A DNA stretch of 64,000 bases from Roseibacillus sp. (GTDB lineage Bacteria; Verrucomicrobiota; Verrucomicrobiia; Verrucomicrobiales; Akkermansiaceae). Below, piece after piece: positions 29,301 through 38,100 of the stretch; position 1 is the stretch's first letter; each line of letters opens with the position of its first letter. The stretch is taken from contig CBDEUM010000009.1 of assembly GCA_965242925.1 (NCBI GenBank), positions 64,001 to 128,000 of the forward strand. Direction: 5' to 3'. Both the position numbers and the translations under genes were made by a program. Below the pieces are notes generated by a model that was not told the DNA's origin, searched no databases, and saw nothing but the letters and a program-made list of their open reading frames with translations.

Positions 29301-29946
29301 CAACTCTCCACCTGAATCGTGGACGGAACTGGCCGGGTTCCAGGACCTCCCGGCCGACCCATCCGGACGGGCCAGCGTGGACTTCCCCGCCCCCTACGCG
29401 GGAACCGGTTTCATCGCAGTCCGCGAGGAGAGCCTTCCCGCCTTCTTCTCGGATGACTTCGAATCAGGTGCGGGTGACTGGGTTGCGGTTGTCAATGACG
29501 CCAGTAACAACACCCTCTGGGAACTGGGCACCCCTTCCGGCAGCACGGGACCGATCACGGGAGCCGACGACTCGGCCAACGCCTGGTCCACCAACCTGGG
29601 AGACTACGGAATGGACTCCGACATCTCGCTCTTCTCACCGCCCCTCGACTTCAGCGGTTTACCGGGCGCGGAGTTGACCTTCGAGGCTTTCCGGGATGCC
29701 GATGGCTTCGGGGACACCGCGACTGTCCGCTTCCGCCGGGTCGGTGACGATGTGCAACTGGGACCTGGCCATGACTTCGACATGACCGCCTTCGATACCT
29801 CCTACACCAGCATCAGTGTCCCGGTCCCGGTCGAGGCCCTTGGCGAGAATGTTCGCATCGAGTTCAACTTTGTCAGCGATGGAACCGCGGACGCCTTCAG
29901 CGGTCTCTCCATCGACAACGTGAACGTGGAAGTAGTCGCGCCCTAG
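26365..29946 (+). CDS. Large secreted surface protein: LamG-like, TSP3-like DxDxDG repeats, PA14-like, more repeats, second LamG-like, conserved C-terminal module
   Basis: Signal peptide MNIHILFASLLCAVVMLPLHA; DGQWHHFVGT...LYIDG...WNGEIDDVAIWNRPLS; DP..ADSDGDG repeats; ENFTARYNGYL...GADD; IDEARIY; FSDDFESG...GLSIDNV. Confidence 0.82.
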   Translation: MNIHILFASLLCAVVMLPLHAAVTDGLTVYYNFDNNSDDSAGSLDGNADTVDDNLSFASGHSGSYGPGLFGGGAYLGSGPGTGHAEAPFSPDVDGGTNGGQVQAITVQWWGKVAQFQTGWQIGVGRGEGGNWRFHRWGVNQTMAWQGGGGDIHGGANVNDGQWHHFVGTSDLANNNRTLYIDGVVQASQTMSAINSDPNLPLMIGENPQAVNRGWNGEIDDVAIWNRPLSADEVDEIYQGGVAGNSLEDLAGPPTDDDNDTLRDNWELDRTGNLTDLNGTAWDGNGVTPGPGAGTGDFDGDGRSDLQEYDDRTDPTNADSDGDGSSDGEETTAGTDPLNADSDGDGLFDGVETGTGIFVDANDTGTDPLDIDTDGDNATDGFEVGEGTDPNDAASTPSIPIIQPSFVPINELAPGAYGPDFTQRGVNYQENHYGGGVIFNNNALNNYTVHTSGVPAPTASFDAIEPLTAHGNGGGTISNHNRPWLDAGGENFTARYNGYLDMTAFNPGTYKIHLGADDTNYFIMNTADGDVISQHNCCPANQEHTFTMNIPGMFPFDNVFGEQGGGDWTEVGISGPGIPGIAALGDTANGSPPVYPIGADAEDSDDDDLPDGWETSWAAINDLTQLSDTGDFDADGLTDLEELTARTNPTNADSDGDGIADGAETNTGTFVSASDTGTDPLDVDSDDDGFDDGEELAGLFSDPTDPDDPPPPPFEQDLIGQWTFDPGEELVDKIGNFPDLALQGNAVVVDGALDVNGGGTTATGWAYTAGNYSGPLIADKTLVSWFALQSLEHVVKAGSVITLDKVSSDTFDGIIFAERQSNRWMNGSSFFRRTQDWNPGFAETVVGEPIMMAITYEDTGGGQVRVTGYRNGEEIGSYDSGSFVTWPTNDAEVFFGLRHGSGGGGPGGLDALIDEARIYGRAGSAAQIRALYLAGPGGGNLINDLGLAVSLASNDPLTIRAEFNTQVARQYDLLVSPVLNSPPESWTELAGFQDLPADPSGRASVDFPAPYAGTGFIAVREESLPAFFSDDFESGAGDWVAVVNDASNNTLWELGTPSGSTGPITGADDSANAWSTNLGDYGMDSDISLFSPPLDFSGLPGAELTFEAFRDADGFGDTATVRFRRVGDDVQLGPGHDFDMTAFDTSYTSISVPVPVEALGENVRIEFNFVSDGTADAFSGLSIDNVNVEVVAP

Positions 29947-29966
29947 ACCGGATCAATCGATTCTCC

Positions 29967-30005
29967 AGGCGGTGAGGCCCCTGTGGCTTCACCGCCTTTT
30001 TGTTT
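29967..30005 (+). terminator. Intrinsic terminator after surface protein 1
   Basis: AGGCGGTGAGGCC-CCTGT-GGCTTCACCGCCT, 13-bp stem with one G-U pair, followed by TTTTGTTT. Confidence 0.85.
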
Positions 30006-30159
30006 CCGTGCGCAGGTATGTGAAGGCCGGTGACAGATTTGAGGGAGGGAGGCCTCAACCTCCTCCCTGTCCTCTGGCGTCATCAATCCATCCTGACAAT
30101 CAGGAAGACCCCAAAACCCTTTTGCAGGATCCTGGAATCTGGCTTGGTGGTGATTCCCG

Positions 30160-30187
30160 TTGACCCGGACCTGCCAGTGAACAACAT
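30160..30187 (+). promoter_or_regulatory. Putative promoter of surface protein 2 (TTGACC-N17-AACAT)
   Basis: TTGACC at 30160-30165, 17-nt spacer, AACAT at 30183-30187. Both copies are preceded by CCC(A/G). Confidence 0.5.
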
Positions 30188-30265
30188 GGGAGCTAGTCCA
30201 AGGCCCTGGTTGAGAACTTAGCCGCAACCCTTGCCCCCATTGGGCTGCCTCCTCCACAACCATAG

Positions 30266-30284
30266 AATCCAAGAACAGAACCCA
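30266..30284 (+). repeat. 19-bp leader motif, copy 2
   Basis: Exact match to 26335-26353; ends 9 nt before ATG 30294. Confidence 0.85.
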
Positions 30285-30293
30285 GATATTAAG

Positions 30294-32678
30294 ATGAAGG
30301 CCCACACCTTATTCACCTCTCTTTCCATCCTGGCCGGCGGTGCAACCATCGCGAGCGCAGCCACCATAATCGGCGATGGCGCGGAGCGTCCCTTTGCCAC
30401 CGGAGGAAATGCCGATGGCTGGTCCGGAATCAGCGTGCTCGAAACCGCGATCATCGACTCTACCACCGTTCCCGGCGTGGGGGACCTTGTCGAAATCACG
30501 GAGGTGTCGATGTTGGCCGCGGGTGGGCGCGCGGGCGGATCACATCACCTTCAGGCCATCCTCATCGACTCCTCGAACCAGATCGCCTGGATCAGTCCTG
30601 AACTCACCCCGACGCAGGACGGCCACAATATCTTTCCCATTACTGGAGCGGAGCTGGTTGACGTCAGCGCCGAAACCTACCGACTCGGCGTCTGGCAGTG
30701 GAATGAGGGTGTTGATGACAACGCCGGTGGAACCATCGCCTTTGCGGGAGGTGGCGGTGGCGGGATGTTCCAGCAGAATCTCAATGGAACTCTCGGTGCC
30801 GGTGCCATTTCGATCGGCCACGATGTTTCGGGCGGGCAGCAGCACTCTTCAGGGGCAGGGGGCCGCGACTACCAGATCGATGTGGTGGCCACCCGTGTTG
30901 TGACCGCCGATAGCGATGGCGACGGGTTGCCGGATTCATGGGAAAACCGCAACAACCTCGATCCGAACGACAACGGCGAAGATCCGAATAACAACGGTGT
31001 TCCGGGTGATCCGGACCAAGGCGCTGACGGCGACCCGGACAACGACGGCCTGACGAATCTGGAGGAACTCGGCCTCCACACCGATCCGCAAAAGGACGAT
31101 ACCGACGACGATGGGATCTCTGACGGGGCCGAAACCAACACCGGCACCTTTGTCAACGCCAGTGACACCGGCACCGATCCTCGCGATGCCGACACCGATG
31201 GGGACGACCTGAGCGACGGAGTGGAGACTGGCACCGGCACCTTTGTCAGCACCAGTGACACCGGAACCGACCCCCTTGATGCCGACAGCGATGGGGACGG
31301 ATTTGACGATGGGTTCGAAATCAACAACCTGTCCGACCCGACCGACAACAATGACCGGCCCGAGGTAGCGTCCATCGTCAGCCTGGGAACCGGGACCGGT
31401 GCCCTCCTCGGTGGCGACCTGACTGATCCGGAAGATGACGGAGTCGAGGGACCCAACCCCGGATCCGGCAACTGGGACACCCTCTCCTGGAACTGGGTCC
31501 ATGTCACCGCCAGCAGCGAAGAATACTTCGGCAACCATGGCGGCAGCGAGGGGGCCTTTGACCTCTTCGACAATCAGGTAGGCGCTGGACAGGCCAAGTG
31601 GTGCTGCAACGGCCCTCCCCAGTGGCTCACAGTCGAATTTGCCGAACCCGTTGCCATTAATTCCTTCACCGTGACCTCCGGCAACGATGTGCCTGGCCGG
31701 GATCCGCTCACCTGGGGCATCTACGGATCGAATGATGGCGTCACTTTCAATCCCATCTTCGAGCAGGACGATCCGGTTTCGCTCTGGCCTCAACGCCTGG
31801 AGGTCGTCCTCTTTACCCTGCCCCGGCCCGCTCCGCCCTACCGGTTCATCAAGTACGAGGTAACCGCAACGGGCGATAATAATCACCAGATCAATGAGAT
31901 CGAATATTTCGGGGCTGTCGCCTCTGACAGACTTCAACTCGAGGTAGCCCGTTCTCCCCTCGATCTCGCCATGCTCCGCCTCACCTGGCCCAGCACTTCA
32001 GGGAAGGTCTATGACGTTCTCGTCAACCCCGATCTCTCGTCACCAGTCGCGGACTGGGCCGGCCTGGATGGGTCACAGGATATTCCTGCCGACCTCTCAG
32101 GCACCAACACCCTGGACATCGCCCTCCCCTTCCCGGGCCAGGGATTCGTCGCCATTCGGGAAGCAAACGCTCCCCCGCTCTTCTTTGACGATCTCGAGTC
32201 GGGCGTGGGGGAATGGACCACGGTGGTCAACGATGATAACGGCAACACCCAGTGGGAATTCGGGACCCCTGATGGCTCCACCGGCCCGATCACCGGAGCC
32301 GGAGATTCTGCCACCGCATGGTGCACCAACCTGGGCGATTACGGGATCGATTCCGATATTTCCCTCCGTTCTCCCGCAATCGATCTGACCAACGTGAGCG
32401 GAGCGGAACTCTCCTTCTCCGCCTTCCGGGACGCGGATGGATTCGGGGACACCGCGATGGTGCGCTTCCTGCGTGCTGCCGACCAGGTGCAACTCGGAGC
32501 TGATATCCCCCTCGACATGACCGTCTTCGACACCAACTATTCAACCATCACCATTCCCGTCGTGGCCGGGGCCCTCGGAGAGACGATCCTCGTGGAATGG
32601 AACTTCGTCAGTGACAACAGTGCCGACTCTTTCAGTGGATTGTCCATCGATAATGTCGGAATCAGCATCACGGAGTAA
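30294..32678 (+). CDS. Secreted surface protein, paralog of 26365..29946: unknown N-domain, TSP3-like repeats, F5/8-like domain, conserved C-terminal module
   Basis: Signal peptide MKAHTLFTSLSILAGGATIASA; DSDGDGLPDSWE and DPRDADTDGD repeats; LFDN...KW...WLTVEF...TSGNDVPGRDP..W.IYGSNDG; C-terminus aligns with surface protein 1. Confidence 0.82.
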   Translation: MKAHTLFTSLSILAGGATIASAATIIGDGAERPFATGGNADGWSGISVLETAIIDSTTVPGVGDLVEITEVSMLAAGGRAGGSHHLQAILIDSSNQIAWISPELTPTQDGHNIFPITGAELVDVSAETYRLGVWQWNEGVDDNAGGTIAFAGGGGGGMFQQNLNGTLGAGAISIGHDVSGGQQHSSGAGGRDYQIDVVATRVVTADSDGDGLPDSWENRNNLDPNDNGEDPNNNGVPGDPDQGADGDPDNDGLTNLEELGLHTDPQKDDTDDDGISDGAETNTGTFVNASDTGTDPRDADTDGDDLSDGVETGTGTFVSTSDTGTDPLDADSDGDGFDDGFEINNLSDPTDNNDRPEVASIVSLGTGTGALLGGDLTDPEDDGVEGPNPGSGNWDTLSWNWVHVTASSEEYFGNHGGSEGAFDLFDNQVGAGQAKWCCNGPPQWLTVEFAEPVAINSFTVTSGNDVPGRDPLTWGIYGSNDGVTFNPIFEQDDPVSLWPQRLEVVLFTLPRPAPPYRFIKYEVTATGDNNHQINEIEYFGAVASDRLQLEVARSPLDLAMLRLTWPSTSGKVYDVLVNPDLSSPVADWAGLDGSQDIPADLSGTNTLDIALPFPGQGFVAIREANAPPLFFDDLESGVGEWTTVVNDDNGNTQWEFGTPDGSTGPITGAGDSATAWCTNLGDYGIDSDISLRSPAIDLTNVSGAELSFSAFRDADGFGDTAMVRFLRAADQVQLGADIPLDMTVFDTNYSTITIPVVAGALGETILVEWNFVSDNSADSFSGLSIDNVGISITE

Positions 32679-32696
32679 CCTGCACCAGAGACTCTC

Positions 32697-32735
32697 AAGG
32701 AGGTGGGGCTGCAGGCTCCATCTCCTTTTCTCTTT
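32697..32735 (+). terminator. Intrinsic terminator after surface protein 2
   Basis: AAGGAGGTGGGGC-TGCAG-GCTCCATCTCCTT (stem with G-U pairs), then TTCTCTTT. Confidence 0.75.
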
Positions 32736-32796
32736 CCACGCCATTGCGTGAATCGACGTGAAAAGACTCCCACATGATGATGTTTGGCAATCCAGC

Positions 32797-32825
32797 TTGG
32801 CACAGAAGGAATATCTCGATAGAAT
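32797..32825 (+). promoter_or_regulatory. Sigma70-like promoter for the DUF1501 gene
   Basis: TTGGCA (32797-32802), 17 nt, TAGAAT (32820-32825); 37 nt before ATG 32863. Confidence 0.6.
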
Positions 32826-32862
32826 CTAAGCGTTCTCTTCTTGTTTCGTCCTGTTCCTGATC

Positions 32863-34233
32863 ATGCTTGAACTCTTCGGAAGATCCGACCGGAAGCCCTC
32901 TCACTGTGACGGATACTCCCGGCGCGACTTCCTCAAGATTGGAGGTATGGCTGCGGGCGGACTCTCCCTTGGCCAGCTCCTTGGCATGGAATCGAAGGCT
33001 GGCAGCGGTTCGTCCCACAAGGCAGTCATCAATATTTACCTGCCGGGGGGGCCATCCCACCTCGACCTCTTCGATCTCAAGCCCGATGCTCCATCCGGCA
33101 TTCGAGGCGAATTCCGGCCCATCTCTACAAATGTTCCGGGCATCGAAATCTGCGAGCTCTTTCCCCGTCTTGCCAAAATGGCGGACAAGTTTGCTCTCAT
33201 CCGCTCGCTCGCCGACTCGGATGGGGGCCACGACTGTTTCCAGTGCATGACAGGTCACAAGCGGCGTGACGTCTCCCCTGCGGGTGGCTGGCCAGCCTGG
33301 GGATCATGGGTTTCCAGGATCCAGGGATCCCAGCCCGGGATCCCGGCCAACGTTTCCCTCATGTATCCCACCGGCAACCGGACCTGGGGAGAAGCCGGCA
33401 CCGGTGGATTCATCGGCAACTCTCACAGCCCCATGGGCCTCGTGGACAAGGACCCCAATGCCCGGGCCAAGAGCATGACCCTCCAGGGAATGTCCCTCGA
33501 CCGTCTCATGGATCGCGAAGCCCTGCGATCTTCCATCGACACCCTGAAAAGCGAGATCGATACCACCGGTCAAATGGAAGGCCTCGACACCTACAACCGC
33601 CAGGCCCTTGAAATCCTTGCCGATGGGAATCTGGCAGCTGCCCTCGATCTCTCCAATGAACACCCCAGGGTGGTCGAGCGCTACGGCATCAACGATCCGA
33701 AATACCAGCGTGATGGCGCCCCCAAGATGATCCGCAACTTCCTGGTGGCTCGACGCCTTGTCGAGGCCGGGGCCCGCGTGGTGTCCCTCAACTACAGCCG
33801 TTGGGACTGGCACGGCGGAGACGGCCTGAACTTTCCGCGCTCCCGTGAGGAATTCCCGCTCCTCGACCAGGGCCTGAGCGCCCTGATCACCGATCTCCAC
33901 GAGCGCGGCCTGCAGGACGATGTCTCCATCGTGATGTGGGGCGAATTCGGGCGCACGCCCAAGATCAACAAGATGAACAGCCGTGATCACTGGCCGAAGG
34001 CCAATTTTGCCTTCCTCGCGGGTGGGGGAATGAATCTCGGACAGGTCATCGGGGCCACTGATAAGCACGGCAACGAGCCGGTCGAGCGCCCCATCAAGTT
34101 CCAGGAGATCTTCGCCACCCTCTACCATAACCTGGGCATCGATCTCGCCAGTGCAACCGTCGAGGATTCAAGCGGTCGCCCCCATTTCCTCGTTGAGCCC
34201 GGGATCAGGCCCATCCGCGAGCTGGTCGGTTAA
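32863..34233 (+). CDS. DUF1501 domain-containing protein
   Basis: SRRDFL; YLPGGPSHLDLFDLKP; ARRLVEAGARVV; WDWH; GEFGRTP; RDHWP. Confidence 0.92.
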   Translation: MLELFGRSDRKPSHCDGYSRRDFLKIGGMAAGGLSLGQLLGMESKAGSGSSHKAVINIYLPGGPSHLDLFDLKPDAPSGIRGEFRPISTNVPGIEICELFPRLAKMADKFALIRSLADSDGGHDCFQCMTGHKRRDVSPAGGWPAWGSWVSRIQGSQPGIPANVSLMYPTGNRTWGEAGTGGFIGNSHSPMGLVDKDPNARAKSMTLQGMSLDRLMDREALRSSIDTLKSEIDTTGQMEGLDTYNRQALEILADGNLAAALDLSNEHPRVVERYGINDPKYQRDGAPKMIRNFLVARRLVEAGARVVSLNYSRWDWHGGDGLNFPRSREEFPLLDQGLSALITDLHERGLQDDVSIVMWGEFGRTPKINKMNSRDHWPKANFAFLAGGGMNLGQVIGATDKHGNEPVERPIKFQEIFATLYHNLGIDLASATVEDSSGRPHFLVEPGIRPIRELVG

Positions 34234-34289
34234 AGTCGCTCCGGGAAGCCGGCACTTCCCCTTCCCATATCCGGGAGCCTTGCCTTCTC

Positions 34290-34622
34290 CTAGCGGACCG
34301 CCGCCCGGGAGAAGACGCTCAGGACAATGACCCCAATCACGATAAGCGCGATCCCAATCATCGCGCCCGCATCCAGTCGCTGCTTGAGAACAGCCCAGCC
34401 GATCACGCTGATGAGGGCCATCCCGACCCCACACCACACGGCGTAGGCCACTCCTACCGGGATCGTCCGCAGGGTCAGGGAAAGCATGTAGAAGGCCAGC
34501 CCGTAACCGCACACCACAACGATGGAGGGAATCAGCCTTGAAAAGCCCTCCGTAGCCTTCAGGGCGGAGGTGGCAACAACCTCCGCAACAATCGCAACCG
34601 CAAGATAAACGTAGCCTGTCAT
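34290..34622 (-). CDS. emrE: SMR-family small multidrug efflux transporter (EmrE/Qac-like)
   Basis: 110 aa from ATG 34622; four TM helices; conserved Glu in AIVAEVVATSALK; IPVGVAYAVWCGVG. Exact SMR subtype not certain. Confidence 0.85.
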   Translation of the reverse strand: MTGYVYLAVAIVAEVVATSALKATEGFSRLIPSIVVVCGYGLAFYMLSLTLRTIPVGVAYAVWCGVGMALISVIGWAVLKQRLDAGAMIGIALIVIGVIVLSVFSRAAVR

Positions 34623-34727
34623 CAGAATCTTCCCTTCAACCGGTTGCTCATCCTTGACGAACCGGCAGGAGACATCAAGCGCAGACAACCATCCGGGGCA
34701 GGCAGGTGAAATCCTGGCCTCGTCATT

Positions 34728-34924
34728 CCCGCGAGCACCTTTTCGATAGGGTGGCCGTGCACGTTTGTCGGGCGACACTCCTGGCCCCTGCAGCAGTAGC
34801 TCCGCCGTTCGTGATCGAGACCGAACAGATGCAGAATGGTGGCATTGAAGTTGTCGACCTCGACCGGATTGTGCACTTCCTGCGGCAGCTCGGGACGCTT
34901 CACCGGCGGAAAGAGCCAGTGATC
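34728..34924 (-). pseudogene. Chimeric remnant: DUF1549 N-terminal motif fused to a DUF1501 C-terminus
   Basis: DHWLFPPVKRPELP resembles DHWALRPVVRVEVP of 51053..53917. NPVEVDNFNATILHLFGLDHERRSY..RGQECRPTNVHGHPIEKVL aligns with [46 protein letters not shown] of 49644..51047. Confidence 0.75.
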
Positions 34925-35181
34925 AGTCGTCACTTGGCCAAGGCTCGTTTCGCCATGCCGTATTCCTCCTGCAGTTGTTTTTCCAGACTCATACAATTCG
35001 GGTTCCAGCGTGATCGGTCCACTATTGACGGGTGTAAATACCGAAGGCGTGCAACCTTCTTCAAATCACTCCTGCAGCAGGGTTCCCTGATTCCCACGAT
35101 CAGAAAAGACAGGCGACACGCAGGAGAATCCGCCCATGGGGGAGCCTCTCATTTGCGTTGATTCTTCATAAGATCCTGTGC

Positions 35182-38100
35182 TCAGGGATTCCTCCCCAAC
35201 AAAGTCAGGTATCGCATCAGATCGATCAGTTCATCGCGCCGGAGGGAAGCCGTCAGTCCCGGCGGCATCAACGATACCGGACTACGGTCAATCCTGGAAA
35301 TCTCACCGCTGGGAATGGGAATCACCTTGCCGGTGGGATCCCGCATAAGAGTCGCGGACTCCGTCTTGCGCTGGAGAAGTCCTGCCACACTGGTCCCGTC
35401 GTTCCTGGTCACCACCGCGGTCTCATACCCCTGCTTGATCATGCTGCTGGGATTGAGGAGTGATTCCAGCAGCGACTCGGGCGTCGCATAGGCCCCGACG
35501 CTGGTGAGATCCGGGCCTACCACTCCTCCCCGGTTGTTTACGAGATGGCAGGTGGTGCAGGCCAGAGCCTTGCGTTCGAAAATCTCCCGCCCTCGGACAA
35601 TGTCTCCCCTCTCCGCAACCTCTGCCAGAAGTTCACGTCGCTGCGGAGAGGAAAGATCCTGGGAGAGCGGTTTGAGACTTCCCGCCTTGTTGAGGACTGC
35701 AATCAGGACACCCACCTCTCGCCCGGAGGCATAAGCGCGCCGCACTGCCTCAATCGCGCTCTTCTTCGGCAGGATCACTCGCTCCAAGGCTGTGGAAAGG
35801 GCCCCCGGGCCACGCTCATGGGCAAGGAACGATTCGATCACAAGCCCTGCCTGCGCCCCATCCTTGAGCTGGGCGAGGAGCGCTGCAGCCGGGATCGCGG
35901 CTCCCGAGGGATCGCTTTGCGCCCAGGCCGCCACCGCATGACTGCGAAGGACCGCACTCCGGCCAGATTCGCTGAACTCTTTCAATCGGGCGTACTGCTC
36001 CAGCCTGCCCAGGGCTCGGCAGGTCACGGATACCGTGAGGGGATCGGCCTGCGGGGTTCCCGCCATGATCACCAATCTGGCTTGGGCGGAAGAGAGTTTC
36101 CACATTCCCGCCAGTTCCGCAGCAGCCCGCGCCACCTCTGCATTCTTACTCTCTAGTAAGGAAAGAATCTCCTTCGCATTCCCGGGAACTCGACCGTTCT
36201 CCGCAACGCCCCGCGCCACCGCAATCAGCAAATCAGGTCTCCTGCTCGCCAGCTCCACCATGGCCCTGAGGTCATCCTCCTCACCAAGTGCAGAAATGGT
36301 GGCCACTGCCTGTGGCAAATCGTCCGCCTCGATCCCTCCCGAGCTCACCAGCTCCACCAGGCGGCTCACGGCCCTGGGATCGTTCACCTCACGCAACGCG
36401 TAGGCAAGGCGGCTGGACACTCCCTCAAAAACCCGCTTCCCGGATTCCATGGCGGGCAGCCATTGGTCCCGCAGGTGCCGGACGGTCAATTCGAGGGCAT
36501 ATTTCAGGTTGTTGTCCGCAGGATGATCCAAGGCGCGCAAAGCCAGGTTGGCAGCCTCAAGCGAACCCACTCCCCGCAGGCCATTGACCGCTTCGAGCCG
36601 GACCTGAGGATGTTCATCATTGGCCGCCCGGCCCAGAATGCCGAGCGGATCAATCTCCCCGGCCTGCGAGTCCCAGATCGAGGCCGCCCGCACTGCAGCC
36701 GCCCGCGCCTGAGCCGAGGGCGAGCGCAGGATGACCTCCAGGAGCCCGGGCGGAGCAACCCCGTTTCCCATGAGAAGCCAGAGGGCCTCCAGACGATGGT
36801 GCTCAAAGTGCGGGTCGGCGCGGTCCAGATTCTCCACCCACTCGAGAACTGGCTTCATCATTCCCCCGCCAGGGCGGGAGGCGAGCTCGCGCTTGACCTG
36901 AGTGCGAGTGTAGGGTTCCCGGGTCTTGAGCAGGTCCAGCAAATCCTGGAGAGGTGCGCCCGTGATAGCCGGGACTGAGAGCAATGGCCGGTCTTCTGCA
37001 GTGATCCGCCAGATGCGTCCGTGAGATTTGTCACGTAGCGGATGATAAAAATCGACCTCCCCGTGGTCGATGATGGCGTTGTACCAGTCGACCACGTAGA
37101 TCGCACCTCGTGGCCCCATCTTGATATCGACCGGCCGGAACGATCGATGGCTGGAATGAAGGACGGTCTCGACCTCCTCGGCCCGGTAGCCACTCCCACT
37201 TTCCTCCAGTTCATAACGCACCGTGCGATTGGCCCTGAAGTCGTTCCCCAGGAAACTTCCCTGCCAGTGTTCCGGGAGGTGGCGCCCCGCCACGAATTCT
37301 CCTCCCGTATTGTTGGGCTTCCCCCGGATGAGCCCATCGAGAACACGATGTGCTCCAACCGCCGAGCGAAAGGCGGAGCCCGGAAAAACGTAGTGTGGCC
37401 CCTGCCCGGCCGCCCCGTCGGTGGCAAAGGACTGGCCCCAGCGATTGAAGGCAAACCCCCAGGGATTGACCATGCCGGTGGCGAACGGCTCAAGACGCAG
37501 AGTTTCCGGACGGAGTCGCCAGATCCCGCTTCCATTGATACGGCGCGGACCGTGCACCGTATCGATGAAGCTGTTAATATAGATCGACTGTGTGAAGTGC
37601 AGATCTCCCCATGGCGCCCAACGCAATCCATGAATCATGTGATGGACGTCGGCGTTTCCAAACCCCGAGAAGATCACTTCCCGGGACTCGGCCACATCGT
37701 CACCATCCGAGTCAGTCAAAAAGAGGACCTCGGTGGCACTGCATACGTAGGCTCCGCCCGGCACCGGCATGACTGAGTGGGGAACAAGCAGCCCTTCGGC
37801 GAAGACGGTATGCTTGTCCGCTACCCCGTCTTCATCGGTGTCCTCCAGAATCACGATACGATCGTTGGGTTTCTCTCCGGGCCGGGGATGAGGGTAGGTC
37901 GAGGAGGTCGAAACCCAGGCTCTCCCCCGCAGATCCCAGTTCAGGTTGATGGGATTAGCGATCATCGGGTCCTTGGCGAAAAGATTGACCTGAAACCCCT
38001 CCGCAACCTTGAATGCGGAGAGCTCCTCCTTGACGTCGGGAGCCGGGATCTGCTTCGGAACTTCGTGATCAGGATACTGTCGAGGCGCAGACCACGCCCG

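Noticed and set aside
29947..30293. Longer intergenic regions (also 26062-26364, 34925-35181, 53918-54210) as riboswitch, tRNA or sRNA loci
   Set aside because: I could not recognise a cloverleaf or known riboswitch consensus by eye. An Rfam/Infernal scan would be needed to exclude them properly.
27130..31360. Recurring gacagcgacggcgacgg / accgatccc repeats that could suggest a CRISPR array or DGR template
   Set aside because: They are in-frame coding repeats (DxDxDG) with irregular spacing and no unique equal-length spacers. No cas or reverse transcriptase gene is in the window.
34290..34622. SMR gene as an integron cassette or mobile resistance gene
   Set aside because: No attC-like site, integrase or IS ends are recognisable nearby, and composition resembles the flanks.
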